In this document: positions 26,201-39,442 of the stretch, one piece after another
Position numbering within the stretch: the first letter of the stretch is position 1
Layout of the letters: each line of letters opens with the position of its first letter
DNA from: the human T2T-CHM13v2.0 reference genome, Homo sapiens
NCBI RefSeq assembly: GCF_009914755.1
Contig: NC_060940.1
DNA length: 64,000 bases
Reading direction: 5' to 3' (one strand)
Program-made: the position numbers and the translations under genes
Notes under the pieces: model-generated
Database searches by the model: none
Told to the model about the DNA's origin: nothing
What the model saw: only the letters and a program-made list of their open reading frames with translations

Positions 26201-27770
26201 TAGACTATAGTCATGTTCTTTTTGTAGGAAGCATATAAACAGGATATAAACAAATCTGACCTAAATTGAGTCATGGTTATTTTCATTTATTAATATTCAG
26301 TTTTTAGAGGAGATTATGTGCTTCTTATAAACAGTAATTCCCCCTAGCATTGCAAGATTATTTGTGTATTATTAGTTGTGTCTGTTACTAAGGAACAGTA
26401 AAATAGAGAAAAATGCTAACCTTCTCAAGCAACTCAGATGATGACCAGGTAAAAAAACAACTGAAAAAAAAAAAAAAAAGAGAGAGAGAGAATACAGATT
26501 TGGAACTATAGGACTGTGACAATCAATATGGGCCTTATTTGGCTTACTAAAACATGTAGAAGAATACAGTAAAGGAAATGGAATACATTTGATTTGAAGT
26601 CAAGGTATCTGCATTTAAATCTTGTTTCTCCACTAACTTCTCATCCTTTGGTAAGAATGTTAATCTCTGTGGGCCCCTAAATATTTTCATCTGGAATTTA
26701 CAGAGAGACTGCATTTCCTCCCTTACAGTTATTTACTGTGAGTTAAAGGTGATTGATGTAAGTTTCTAATACTTGTCTCACACAGTAGGAACTCAACACA
26801 AGGGGTGGTGTTACATTACCTTGTGATTGACGTTTGCATTAAAATGATGCTATATAGCCAGGTTTAGTTCCAAATGGGTTAGGAATTTAGTACAGTTCTA
26901 CCTATAGGTACAGGGACTTTGGTTATGTCTGCTTCTTAAAGTTAAGATAGACAATTGATGCATAAGGAAATGTAAGTATATTTACTTTATTCACAGGCTG
27001 TAATCTCATTGGTGCTAATCAAATTGGAAACGTTGCATTATTTTTTAAGCTATTACAACTACATGTGAATAAATCTATGATTTATTAAACCATGCCTGTT
27101 ACAGACAACTGTCATAGAATAAACTGAGCTGAAACTGAATGGCAGCCAGCAGGTTATCATCTTTCAAAGAGATCCAAAGCAGAACAGTGTATGAAAATAT
27201 CATGAGTTAGTTCGGTTGTGTGATCTTTGCCAATACACTGATGTTCTGAGATTTCCAGCTTCCTTACATGTCAAGTGGCACTAATAAAAAATAATAATAA
27301 CATATGGAGATCTATGTCTGAACCTATGACATAGATATATGTGTATTATTACTTTATATGCATATTGGGTTTTTTATTAGTGTGGCTTGTATATAGGTAT
27401 ACACATATGTACATACATAATCACTCTTTGGAAAATACTTATGCTACTGGAGAGTTATTAGGCACTAAGTTGAGGGTGGTGTCTATTTGTGTTCCCAAAA
27501 TAACATCAGAGCAGAATATCAGGCCAATATTCCCCACATTCTGTTTGTCAAGAGGACATCAACCATACACCAAAGAAGCAGTCCTTAAAATTAATTTAAA
27601 AAAAAGAAGAAAAAAGGAATAAATTAGAGGTTTGTACTAGAGCAACCATCATGAAATCTGTTTGGTTCAACACAGTATTGGACAGTAGTTCCATTTAAAT
27701 ATGGCCTGACACTTGGCTCAGAAGTTGACTGCCATCTTGAATCTCTGAACCAAACCGCATGCGTGCATGG

Positions 27771-27806
27771 ACACACACACACACGCACACACACACACAC
27801 ACACAC
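27771..27806. repeat. Interrupted (CA)n microsatellite
   Basis: Seen directly. Confidence 0.95.
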
Positions 27807-28134
27807 TTATTCAATTCTTATGAAGAATATTATGAACTTGTACTTTAAAGCAATAATCTGATTTCTTATTGGGTTTTCAAATATAAGGTATAATTTCAAT
27901 GCTTTTACAAAGAACTTCAGTCTTTCTGAAAATCATTGTTCTGATACATTGGCATAATCCTCGTGTTTTGATTTTCTTGTTTTCTATCTATATATAAATT
28001 ATTTTATAGCTTTAATAATTAAAATTAAGATGTTTCAGTGTTTTGTTTTCCATTTTTCTGCATCTATTTTCTTCCTTAAATTCATGGAAAGTAAACCCTC
28101 TAGAGAAAAGGAGGAGGGTGACATTTAGAGTGAA

Positions 28135-28330
28135 TCATGATGTGCCAGGCATAGAACAGAACACATTACAGTGGTGGTTTCACTTAATCATCACAACCAG
28201 CCTGAAAGATGGGTATAATTTCCAGATCTCACAAGTGAGTAAACCGAGCTCCGGAGTGGCTCTCCAGGCCAATGAGTGGTGAAAGAGCTGAGCCTTAAGC
28301 ACGAGTTTTGGTGATTACAAACCGCAGTCT
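28135..28330 (-). mobile_element. MIR fragment
   Basis: atgtgccaggcat...ttcacttaatcatcacaaccagcctgaaagatgggta. Confidence 0.6.
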
Positions 28331-29570
28331 TTCCATGCTCTTGTTCCTTTGAGTGTCAGGGATCAAACTCCTCTTCTATATAACTTGTCAGTCAAACAGC
28401 ATGTTGAGCTTAGTCTTATTATACAGAGCCTCCAATAAGTGACAATCATTGGTGAAAAAACAGGACTAGGTCATGCAATGAAATCATCGTTAAAGATTGG
28501 CTTTCTCTTATTGATGAAGTTAATGGGAAACCAGTGTAAAAATTTAATATATTAGCACTTCTCTGAAAGAGAAACTCATATGGGAACTTGGCAGTAATAC
28601 AGATGAGATTCTTGTATGCTAGTCAGATGTGGTAGTGGTGCCCCTTCCAGCCTTCTCTTTCATTGCCTTCATCAATAGCACCAAGTCTATCCTGATATCA
28701 TCATCAACATAAGTTAACGATGCCGATTCCTTCATCATGATTAGGATCATTCTACTGAAGATCACTGGAAATGCCCCTTTGGCCTGGGGAATCCAGTCAA
28801 GTTATCCAACTTTGGAGTAGCTTCTTCGGAAGTTGTCTCTCATATCTTAATGGTCTGCAGCTCTTTGTCATTGGAAAACTGAATTTCCTGTTGTAATGCC
28901 AGAATTTGCTTATTGTGAAAACTATTACCGCATTAGATGTCTCTGCCTGCAATTTATTTGGAAAGATAAGACAATATTTTAGAAAGTACTGCGAATACCA
29001 CACAAATGATACGAGACACAAATAAACACACACACACGTGCAAAAAAATTGCTTGTTTCTTTACTGATGTCATTTGAAAAATCCTAGGTTCAATCATGTT
29101 GAAAATATTTTAAGCAGTAAAACTTTTTTCCAGACTCATTAAAATTGCAATATGAATGCCTGGCAAATGTATCTTTGCACATAGGATTTTCTTCTATTCC
29201 TGGATTAAGTCTGAATTCTCGCAAAGTCAGTATAATTATACAGAAGGCATATATGAATGTATGGGACTGTGATTATCCATAAACTTTGAAGATTTCTAAA
29301 CAACATGTGCACAGAGCTTTATGTGGCAACACAGATTGGGGAAATGATGTCTTTCAATGAGATGAGAAGATGAGGATAAGATCATCATCAAAAGGAACAA
29401 AGAGTAAATGAAACAGCTCAGCTCCCTTGAAAAGAGTCAGGCACCTTTGTCATATGTGTTTTTAAAATTTCAGTAATGTCTAAATTGCACCGGACCCACT
29501 GGCTAGTTAAGCACCATGAACCTCCCAATAACTCCATCACTTAGCCCTAAAGCCATTTATCTTTTCTCTG

Positions 29571-29598
29571 TTTTTTTTTTTTTTTTTTTTTTTTTTTT
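29571..29598. repeat. Poly(T)28
   Basis: Seen directly. Confidence 0.95.
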
Positions 29599-30326
29599 GT
29601 ACTTTTGAGTAATCTGGCATTATAGAAGGAAGTAACTATAATGGATACAGGCTCTGTGGAGCTCAGACTTTGAAGTCAGATAAAACTTCATTACATCCTT
29701 GAGTTAATTGCCAGTATTTTAAAGCCTTACTTTCAACAATATCCCCTTCTCAGCAAAGAAAAAAAAAATGCCCAAAACATTTCTCCTGCCACATGACGAT
29801 GGGTGAAATTACAAACTTGTTTTACATCTGAATCTTAGTTTTGTCTATTTTTTTGTGTTATGGTAAAATTGAATAATACTTATCTAAAAAAATTGATGTA
29901 CTAAATAAAAACATAAATACAAAGCCCTTAATATAAAGCTGGCATTGGTCAAAGCTTCCTTAATTATAAATGGTACCAGTAGTAGAAGTAGTAATAGAGA
30001 CCTAGTAGTAATATCCATATGAATTATTTGTACATGATATTGTTAATTCTATTTATGAACAACCGTTTGTCTAGGGGTAGTTCCCAAGAGAAGAAAGGAA
30101 CTAAGTATAAACGGTTCTGGAGCCCCATCATAAACCAGCACAATGGTTCACAACAAGTGAGCATTGAACTTAGAAAAGCCTTGTGTTAGTGAAGGGCTAG
30201 GTGCTTCCATGTTGTTCAATGCCCGCACTCACCACAGTAGACCCTTCTGCTAGATGAGTCCCATGTTTCCTACAGATGGTTTTCTTTAGTTCTCGATAAA
30301 CATTTTAAAAATGTTCCTGGAGACTA

Positions 30327-30682
<356 letters not shown>

Positions 30683-31794
30683 AAACCAAATGGACAACGC
30701 AGCAGTTCTTCCCCAAATCAGTCCATGTTATGATGAGACAAAAACAATAAAGAAGATCTTTACCAAATATAGACAAGAGGGACTATGAGCTTTAGAGGAC
30801 ATAATCAACACATTAAATGGTATTCAAAATAGAACAACTAAAATAGTGAAGAATTAAAAAAAATACATGTACCATTAGAATAACATTTAAAGGCCAGTGA
30901 GTGGTTAATTTGATGATGAGAAATAAGAGAGAACAAAGATCTGGCTACAACTATGTGTAACTCAGTGAATCCAACCATAATTTATATTAATCTGGAAGGT
31001 CGATTAAGGAGCAACAGAGGTCTATTGATTCCAATAAAAGGGTTCTGTAATAGAAAGACTTATCCAAATATATATTGTGCCATCTCAGAAGGTAGGAAGC
31101 CTCCATCAGTAAAATTATTCAAGAAGTTAAATGTTCCTTGTTCATGAATCAATCTGGAGGAGCACATACATATGATAGGGGCAAACTTTCAATGCCAAGA
31201 TGGTCTTGAAGGCAGACCTGATGGTTTTGTGTCTGTTGAGTGTTGATCAAGTTTTCCTGCAATCATAGTAAATCCTGGTGCTTTAATTTCCCAAAAAGAT
31301 CAACTGAAACTACATTTTCAAGTCCTAATTATAATCTTAGACTCAGAATCTTGAAGCAGGAAGGGACCTCAGTAATAATGAAGACCAGCTTCTACAGAGA
31401 GGTTTCACCATCCTGGCTGTCTGGGACAGAAAGTTGAATAGGGGCCTGTGGCTTTGTCCTGGCTCTGCAGGCGTGAGTGCCTGATCCTTTAATAATGACT
31501 GCAGTGGGCCAAGGGAAAAGTTGAGTGGGAGGAGGAACATATTCATGTGCGTGTAACATCTTTGCCCAATCTATGCTGCTTTCTTGCTTCATAAGTGGGA
31601 CTCAGAAAATTTCAGTTTCCCAATGGCAATGCTTAGGTTATGGAAGAGGACATGAAGTGTTATTGGTGATGTGCCGTGAGTAAATTGACTATATGTAAGA
31701 TTTCTACCGACCTTTTGTTAGTTTGTTCTTTAGGTTGTGTACACCACATATATAGAACTTGACTCAAATGTGTTAATGATACGTTTGAAAGACC

Positions 31795-32050
31795 CTTCAA
31801 TAATGTCACTTACGTGGAACTTATAATGTGTCAGGCACTATTCTGAGCACTTTTCTACCTATACTTTACTCATCTGATCCTCACTCATAACACATCTATG
31901 AAGTAGTTCTATTTTGATAAATCCTATTTTACAGATAAAAAACTAGACCCAGAGAGGTTAAATATCTTGCTAAAGTGCTGTGTAAGCAGCAGACCTAGAA
32001 TTTGAACCCACAAAGCCTGGACCCAGAGCCTGTGGTCTGAAGTACTTTGT
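31795..32050 (-). mobile_element. MIR
   Basis: aatgtgtcaggcactattctgagcac...tattttacagataaaaaactagacccagagaggttaaat...gaatttgaaccc. Confidence 0.75.
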
Positions 32051-33462
32051 TGCTTTCCTCTGTGGGATGTTTGTTAGACTCCTGAATAAATAATTAGTGG
32101 CAGAGCCTCTTTACAATATCTTAAGCTTATCCCTGGATGTTCCAAGAGGACTTTTCTGGATATTCCAGTATTGCACAACCCTCTAGCACCTTAACTAGGG
32201 AGAAAGAGATGTGTACAAACCACTTGGAAGAGGCTACTGATCGTTATCAAAATAGGTTTAAGAAGAAAAGAAATAAAATTCCCATTCTCTCAAGATAAAT
32301 AAAGACTTCTTTCATGAGGAAACAAGACACATGAGGCCAAAACCAATCCTAGAACTCTTTTAAAATTAATGAATGGAGACATTGGCAGAATAGTGTGTAC
32401 CCTCTCTCCTTTTAGTAGTCACTCATTTTCTTAAGAACTTCTTTTATGACCCACTAGGCTACAAAAATTACATTTTTAAAGCTCTGAAAAGAAATTAGCA
32501 AAATTAGCAGTTTAAAATAAAAAATATTTCTTTATAAAAGATGCATGGCCTAACCACAGTGTTCCTTCAAATTGTGTACAACATGCTAATTACAAAGGAC
32601 CCCAGGTTTTGTTAAGTATAGGCTTTTAATGAAAGAAACATAGTCATAAGACTAACTGCAGCTGTTGAGGAAAAAAAAAGGTTGAAATAATAGGGTAGAC
32701 TGGAGAAGAATGAGAGAAACAAATCTGCTTGCAACAAGATTTGTGGACCAGTGCCAGCAAAAGTCAAAGGGAGGAGGGTTCCCAATTCTGTATTTCCCCC
32801 TGGGTTGAGGATGGTATATGGGCACGTGTGCTTACAGGACACACAATTCCCAACTTGCCCATTGGCAAGTCAAACTTATAGGCAGCTTTGGCCTGGAACA
32901 AGGGCTTAATCAAAGAACAATGGCTTCAAGGCTATGAAAAGTTTAGGACACTGTATTATAATAAAAATCATGAAAGAATTCTGAGATAAATGCATAAATG
33001 ACATGGAAAACAATGTAGGGACACAAATGCCATCAGAAGAAAGAGGGTCAGGTAAATTTTTATGAGAGATACAGAAAAATATACAGATATAAAAAGGATC
33101 TTTTTAGAAGAGATACAGATCACAATTAATTTTATAATTTAACTGTAAAATTAATACAAGGGCAGAGGTGTTTACTCCCAATGACCACCTGGGCTTAGAT
33201 ATATAACTAAGGAGAGTCTTCTCTTTCTCTCCCATGATTCCAACTATCTTAGAGCTCTCTACACCCTCTTCAATGTGCCTTTCCCCCTTTCTCTTACCTC
33301 GTCCAGTTTTATTCTTTCTCAGTGCTTACCTTTATCAGAAACTTATTGTTCATGTGTGTCATTATTTGACATTCTTTCTTTCCAATTAGAAAGTCAGCTT
33401 TGTGAGTGCTAGTGGCTTGTCTATCATATTGATTATATCAGATTGATTGTCATATTGAAGCA

Positions 33463-33762
33463 GAGGTGATCTGCTGCTTCACCATCTTCTTCCAGTTATT
33501 CATCGAACACTTATTGTTCAACCACTACACTCTACACATTAGACTCTTGTGAAGCAGTGACAAACAATGCCTAACCACTCTATTCAAGGATCTTGGGTCT
33601 AGTAAGAAAAACAAATGTGTGATAGGGCAAATAAAGCACAGAGGGAGAATTGGATGATGTTAGGCAAGGACAGATGCCAGGGAGCATCCCTGGGCTACAT
33701 AATTAAAACTCGTCTGAGTCAAATTACTAGGGAAGGTTGGAAGGCAAGTAGTGAGGACCTGG
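33463..33762 (+). repeat. 300-bp direct duplicate of 34061-34361
   Basis: Manual alignment gives 17 substitutions and 1 indel (about 94%); ORFs 33615-33863 and 34217-34420 share MLGKDRCQGASLGYIIK. Confidence 0.97.
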
Positions 33763-34060
33763 ATGTTTTGGTAAATGGAAAGACGACTTTCACAGCTAAC
33801 CTACAGTGTAATGTCATAATGAAGCCTGATGTAGTGAGTTTGGATGAAATTTTAAATGAATGAATGGCACACACAGGAATAGTCCCCATTGGGAATTTGA
33901 CCAGATATCGGGTTTTGGATTCTAGGAAGAGCAGGGTTATACGTCAAGAACTTGGTAGCCTTAACAGAACAGGAGACATTGAGTAGTTCAGAGTCTCAGA
34001 GACAAGGAAAAATCTCAGATATCAGGCAAAAGAAAAAAGATCCAGGTGGGACTCATAGGC

Positions 34061-34361
34061 GAGGTGATCTGCTGCTTCACCGTCTTCTTCCAGTTATTCA
34101 TTGAACACTTATTGTTCAACCACTACACTCTACACATTAGACTCTTGTGAAACAGTGACAAACAATGCATAACCACTCTATTCAAGGATCTTGGGTCTAG
34201 TAAGAAAGATAAATGTGTGATAGGGCAAATACAGCACAGAGGGAGAATTGGGGTGATGTTGGGCAAGGACAGATGCCAGGGAGCATCCCTGGGCTATATA
34301 ATTAAAGCTTATCTGAGTCAAATTAGTAGGGAAGGTTGTAAGGCAAGTACCGAGGACCTGG
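34061..34361 (+). repeat. Donor copy of the 300-bp duplication
   Basis: gaggtgatctgctgcttcac...gaggacctgg, matches 33463-33762. Confidence 0.97.
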
Positions 34362-34514
34362 TAATTAACAGAGTAATTAGTTATCTGAAATGTGGGGAAT
34401 CAGGAAATGGAGAGCTATGAAACAAGACCATTTTCCTTTTTACACATTTTTTGGAATGCATATGGAACTAAGATAGTGTGAGTTGGCAAACTCACCCAAT
34501 ACTACATAATATTG

Positions 34515-34712
34515 TATTCCCAATACCATAGTCATTATTCACATGCAGCAATTTTAAGTTAAATTTTAATTAACTAAATTGAATTACATTAAAACTTTTG
34601 CTGCTTATTTTAAGTGTTGGATAGCCATATTTGGCTAGTGGTTACCATATTGGACAGCACAAATATAAACCATCCCTAACATTACAGAATGTTCTATTAG
34701 ACAGTGCTGGTC
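34515..34712. mobile_element. MER33/MER3-like hAT MITE
   Basis: atagccatatttggctagtggttaccatattggacagcac...gttctattagacagtgctg. Confidence 0.75.
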
Positions 34713-36402
34713 TAAGGAGTATTAGCTATAATCTGCCTTTCTTTCTTTTTATTTATTTATGTATTTTTTGCCTAAAGTCAAATGAACCAATTTTCTATGG
34801 CTCACAGTACTCAAAATTCTCTAATGTCATTCATTCATTGATTCATTCATTGATTCAAACAACAGTTAAGGGGCTGTTATGTACTAGTTTCTGTTTGGTG
34901 ATTTGGAGACACAAAAATAGATACGGCCAATCTGTGAGCTTCTCTTATGGGATATAGATCCTGTGGAAGAAGAAGACAGTGAATAACTAAACACATCTAG
35001 ACATGATAAAATTTTGGTAGTGATATACAGTTCAAAATGTCTAAAATGTTGTTAGTTCAAATTAGTCTGAATGGAGCCATTCTATGTCTGAGCTCCCCTT
35101 CCTAGAGTTAGTATTATTAACACCAGAAGTAAAATTTTTATCTGTTGTTGTTTTGCTTCTGAAATAAATGTCAGTCCTTTCAAATGCCTGCATACTGTAC
35201 ATTTTTCTCAATTGCCATATTTTCTAGTTCAAATAACAGGGCAAGTGATCTCATAAGAGCATTCATTTTGATTTTCTATGTTTGTGAATATATTGATAGA
35301 AAGCATGACAAAAGAAAAATTAACTGAAATTTAGCTAATGGTTTGCTCAGTCATTATTGAAAAGCATATACAGATAATCATGGAAAATCTAGGGATACTG
35401 TATCATTATCTGGGATCTGTGGCATTTTTCTACGTTGAACTAGAAAGACGGCATCTATGTATTTCTATCTTTAAAAGCAGATCAGTTTTAGAAAATGCAC
35501 AACTTTGTCAATCCTATAATCATATTATGAACTAAGTAAGAGAGAAAGAAGAGAGAGTTAAACACCACCACCTGATTAGATAGCATCATCACCTTGCTTT
35601 AATGTAAACTTTTGGTTTAGAGAAGCATTATTATGTAATGCTCTTAGCTTAAAAATCTCAAATATTTACTAAACTTTAAAATTTTAGGAAGATGTTTGCC
35701 TTAGATGTCATAAATGGCTCTTTGAGGTTTAATGATTACTTACTATCATTGCATCATTTTGTTAAACTATAACATTATTACAGAAAAATGTCAAGGCAAT
35801 TATTTAACATTTGCCATTTGGTTTAGTGGAAACAAACATGGACTATGCAGTCAGGCCCCAAATGAGGCTTGTTCTGAGCCTCATTTATTCAACATAGCAG
35901 AGACTTCATGAGTGAAGTCTCATGAGTTTCCCTTTTTGTCCATCCAGAGGTAAGTATAGTTTATGTATGTTTGCTTAAGCAAGATTAAAGTTGGCAACAA
36001 TTGAGATTTCAAAGTTGGCAACAACTGAGATTTAATCTTGGTGTTAGAAGCAGCCCATGTTTTTTCTAATGCAGAAAATCTCACAGCACTGAAATTTAAA
36101 GTTACAGCTGGAAGTAAAATGAATAATTGCTTATTATCTCTATCTTTCTATAGAGTGGTGACTAGGCCCAGTGAAATTCAGTAACTTACCTAATTCTCAG
36201 CTGATTTTTAACGCTTCGTCATGAGGTTGGGCCATCCATCCAGTGCTCTTTTCTTGATGACCTAAGATGGGATTAATTCCTCTCAGGTCTTTTTATCAGG
36301 AAAATTGTTCCTTTGATATATTCAGAATCGAGCCATCTGCTTGAGTGCAATTCTGTCATCATTATCTGTCAGAGCAGAACAAAAGCAAACTCCTAAGCCT
36401 AG

Positions 36403-36803
36403 TGACAGAGTTTTTGAATGTTTGCCTGCTCCATACCTCATGTGATCCCCAGTGTGGGAGGTGGAGCCTGGTGGGAGGTGTTTGGGTCATGGGAAAGGCT
36501 CCCTCATGAATGGCTGGGTGCCTTTCCAGTGGTGATGAGTTACTTCAAGATCTGGTTGTGAAAAAGACCCTGGGACCTGCCCACTCTCTCTCTCTCTCGC
36601 TCCCTCTCCAGCCATGTGACACACCAGCTCCCCCTTTGCCTTCTGCCATAAGGAAAAGCTTCATGAGGCCTCATTAGAAGCTGAGCAGATATTGGCGCCA
36701 TGCTTGTATAGCCTGCAGAACAGCGAGCCAAATAAAACTCTTTTCTTTGTAAATTACCCAGCCTCAGGTATTCCCTTATAGCAATGCAAAGTGAACCAAT
36801 ACA
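36403..36803 (+). mobile_element. MaLR solo LTR, MSTA/MSTB-type
   Basis: tga...ccccagtgtgggaggtggagcctggtgggaggtgtttgggtcatggg...aataaaactc...aattacccagcctcaggtattcc...aataca. Confidence 0.9.
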
Positions 36804-37872
36804 CGTAAATAATTATTTCAGTAGTTGAAAGTATGGGAAAACTTCGGATGTTTATTCTTTGTTTTGGTTTGACTGTGCCTCTGTTTCTCCACCAAGAAAC
36901 AGGCAGGAACTCATCTTAGTCAGTGTAACTACTTTTGTTCATTTGGGCATGGTTAGAAGCATGTCTGTAGTCAGTGAACAGGTTAGTGCTAGTTCTGTGA
37001 GGCAGAAAAAATTCTCCCCACTCCTCAATCTATTTTTCTAAGTTGTGCAGGGAAATTTCTGAGAAATAGGGATACAGACTAGGAATCTAAGTGCTACTCT
37101 TATCACACGCTATGAGGTTAAACAATTATGGCACAGAGGCTATTTCAGTAGTACCTGAATGACGTGTGTGTGTGTGTGCATGTGTGTCTAAATGATGTCT
37201 ATATATTATTGTACATATATATTTAACCATTATATACATGTGTATGTGTAGGTAATGATTAACTTGTTTATTCACTTTAATTATTATCTTACTTGTTCAT
37301 CCCTTCACTCATTTATAAATTGTAGTGGCAGTGTTTATAATAAAAGTAATAGCCAAACAAAGTAAACGTAGGCCTTTGCCCTTACAAAGGTGACTTAAAG
37401 ACCCTACTATGTGCCAGATTTTTTTTTTTCCAAATAGCACATATTGAAGAGTACATGGCTTTGCTCAGGGGTGTGTCCCTGAAGATGGAATCCTTTCTCA
37501 TGCATGTTTAAAGAAAGAGACTGCCAAGATTTTCTTGAAAAATGGAGTTGTTTGAATAATTTAGGAGATTGTCAGTGATGAGACCACATAGAGCTTGTGA
37601 AACAGGCTACAGCATAAGACGTGGTTCCTCTCATGGAGCTTGGTTTTAAAAGCTTCCCTTCTTGGGAAGGAGGGAGGGACCTCTAACTGTGTGGTTATTT
37701 ACTTCCTGTTGCTAAGCATCTCAACCTCCACAGAATGTATGCTGTTTTTATTGACATTTTGAAGAATAAGCTTCAGTAATCATAAATTATTCTCTCTCGT
37801 TTACTTATGAGGAGAAATCTTCCAATTCCTGGAGATTGAGATTGTTAAAGTCTTTCAATAGAGCATTTTGGA

Positions 37873-37929
37873 GATGTTTTGGTAAATGGAAATGATGACT
37901 TCCACAGCCAACCTACAGTATAATGTCAT
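37873..37929 (+). repeat. 57-bp donor copied at 33762-33817
   Basis: gatgttttggtaaatggaaatgatgacttccacagccaacctacagtataatgtcat; 4 substitutions and 1 indel versus the copy. Confidence 0.93.
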
Positions 37930-38234
37930 TGCCTCTTGTCTATAAAATGATGCTGCATTGTCTATAGTTTGAATCACTAAATTATGTCTCCCTTAAGCTG
38001 AATATATCACAATAGAAGAATTTTTAATATTATAGTTTACAAAAAACATTATTGTCGCTTTTGGTTTCCATTCATTTTTTTCTTTCTGTTCAGCTACAAA
38101 GACATTGAAGTTTCAATTAAATAGGAGATCACATGACATAGTATGTTAAAGCCAGAAGTAAGAAATTTACCCTACAACTTACTAGGTACTTGGCTATGGG
38201 TGCTTTGAGCAGCACTCTTTGTATATGGATTGTA

Positions 38235-38780
38235 TGTTAATATAAATTATATGAAATTATATAATAACATATACATTATGTAAGTATGTAAATAGTACAT
38301 TATATAAGTATGTAAATGCAATAGTATGTAAATAGCATAATAGTAAAATAATGCATTATGTAAATATGTAAATAGTACATTATATAGTTATGCAAATGTA
38401 ATAGTATGTAAATAGTAAAATTGTATAATAATACATTATATAAGTATGTAAATAGTACATTATATAAGTAAATGTAATATGTAGATAATACAACAGTAGA
38501 ATAATTATATAAGTATGTAAATAGTACATTGTATAAGTATGAAAAGGTAATAATATGTAAATAATACAACTGTAGAATACATTATATAAGTATGTAAATG
38601 GTACATTTTATAAGTATGTATAGGTAACAATATGTAAATAATGCAACAGTAGACTATATTATATAAGTATGTAAATAGTATATATTATATATGTATCTTT
38701 TAATAGTATTTATTATACTGTAAGTATATTTTATATGTATTACATAATAAATAATATAAAAATATATGTAATTACAAATA
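38235..38780. repeat. AT-rich degenerate minisatellite (unit about tatgtaaatagtacattatataag)
   Basis: Repeated tatgtaaata / acattatataag modules. Confidence 0.9.
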
Positions 38781-38809
38781 CTAATTAACAACTGCCATGA
38801 GTAGAGTGT

Positions 38810-39001
38810 TAGAATAAGCCAAAAGGAAAAAAAATCCACCCAGGCCATGCAGTTAAATTTGAATTTAAGGCAAAAAATAGAAATCTTTTTAGTATAAATA
38901 TGTCCCTTGGAATATTTGGGACACATTTACCTTAAAATAATTTACTGTTTATCTGAAATTGAAATTTAACTTACTGTCCTCTATTTTAAATGGTAATCTT
39001 A
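38810..39001. mobile_element. MER53 palindromic MITE
   Basis: cagttaaatttgaattt...tttttagtataaatatgtccc...aatatttgggacac...gtttatctgaaattgaaatttaact matches the MER53 inverted-repeat layout. Confidence 0.85.
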
Positions 39002-39094
39002 GTTATGAGAGTAATGTAAGAGAACTCTCAATGTAACTCACATTGGTTTTATTTATTTCTCCTTGGATATTAGTATACACTTGCTTAATAGTGT

Positions 39095-39330
39095 AACATT
39101 TGTAAGTACAATCTCTGCAGGCAAATATTATGGGTTCAAATCTTCACACTCTTTTCTGTCGGCCATGTGAATTTAAACAATTTGGTTAATCTCTCATTGT
39201 TCCAATCTTCTGATATTTAAAATGGAAATAATAATAGTACAGATGTCATATAGTTTTTAAATAAGTTAAATATGTTAATATCTGTAAAATACTAAGAATC
39301 TTCCTTTTACATGAACTTATTAGCATACTT
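39095..39330 (+). mobile_element. MIR
   Basis: gggttcaaatc...ttaatctctc...taaaatggaaataataatagtac. Confidence 0.65.
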
Positions 39331-39418
39331 AATACCCTCTCTAGTTTTTGCAACAGAGTATACACCCAATAAATATGTTGAACAAGAATACAGTCAATAT
39401 ATATGTTGAAAGAAGAAA

Positions 39419-39442
39419 CAGAGAGAGAGAGAGAGAGAGAGA
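39419..39442. repeat. (GA)n microsatellite
   Basis: Seen directly. Confidence 0.93.

Noticed and set aside
33615-34420. Two ORFs sharing MLGKDRCQGASLGYIIK, like paralogous small genes
   Set aside because: By-product of the 300-bp DNA duplication; frames differ upstream because of an indel
35935-35956. Perfect AG|GTAAGT splice donor
   Set aside because: Isolated motif with no supportable exon; expected by chance in 64 kb
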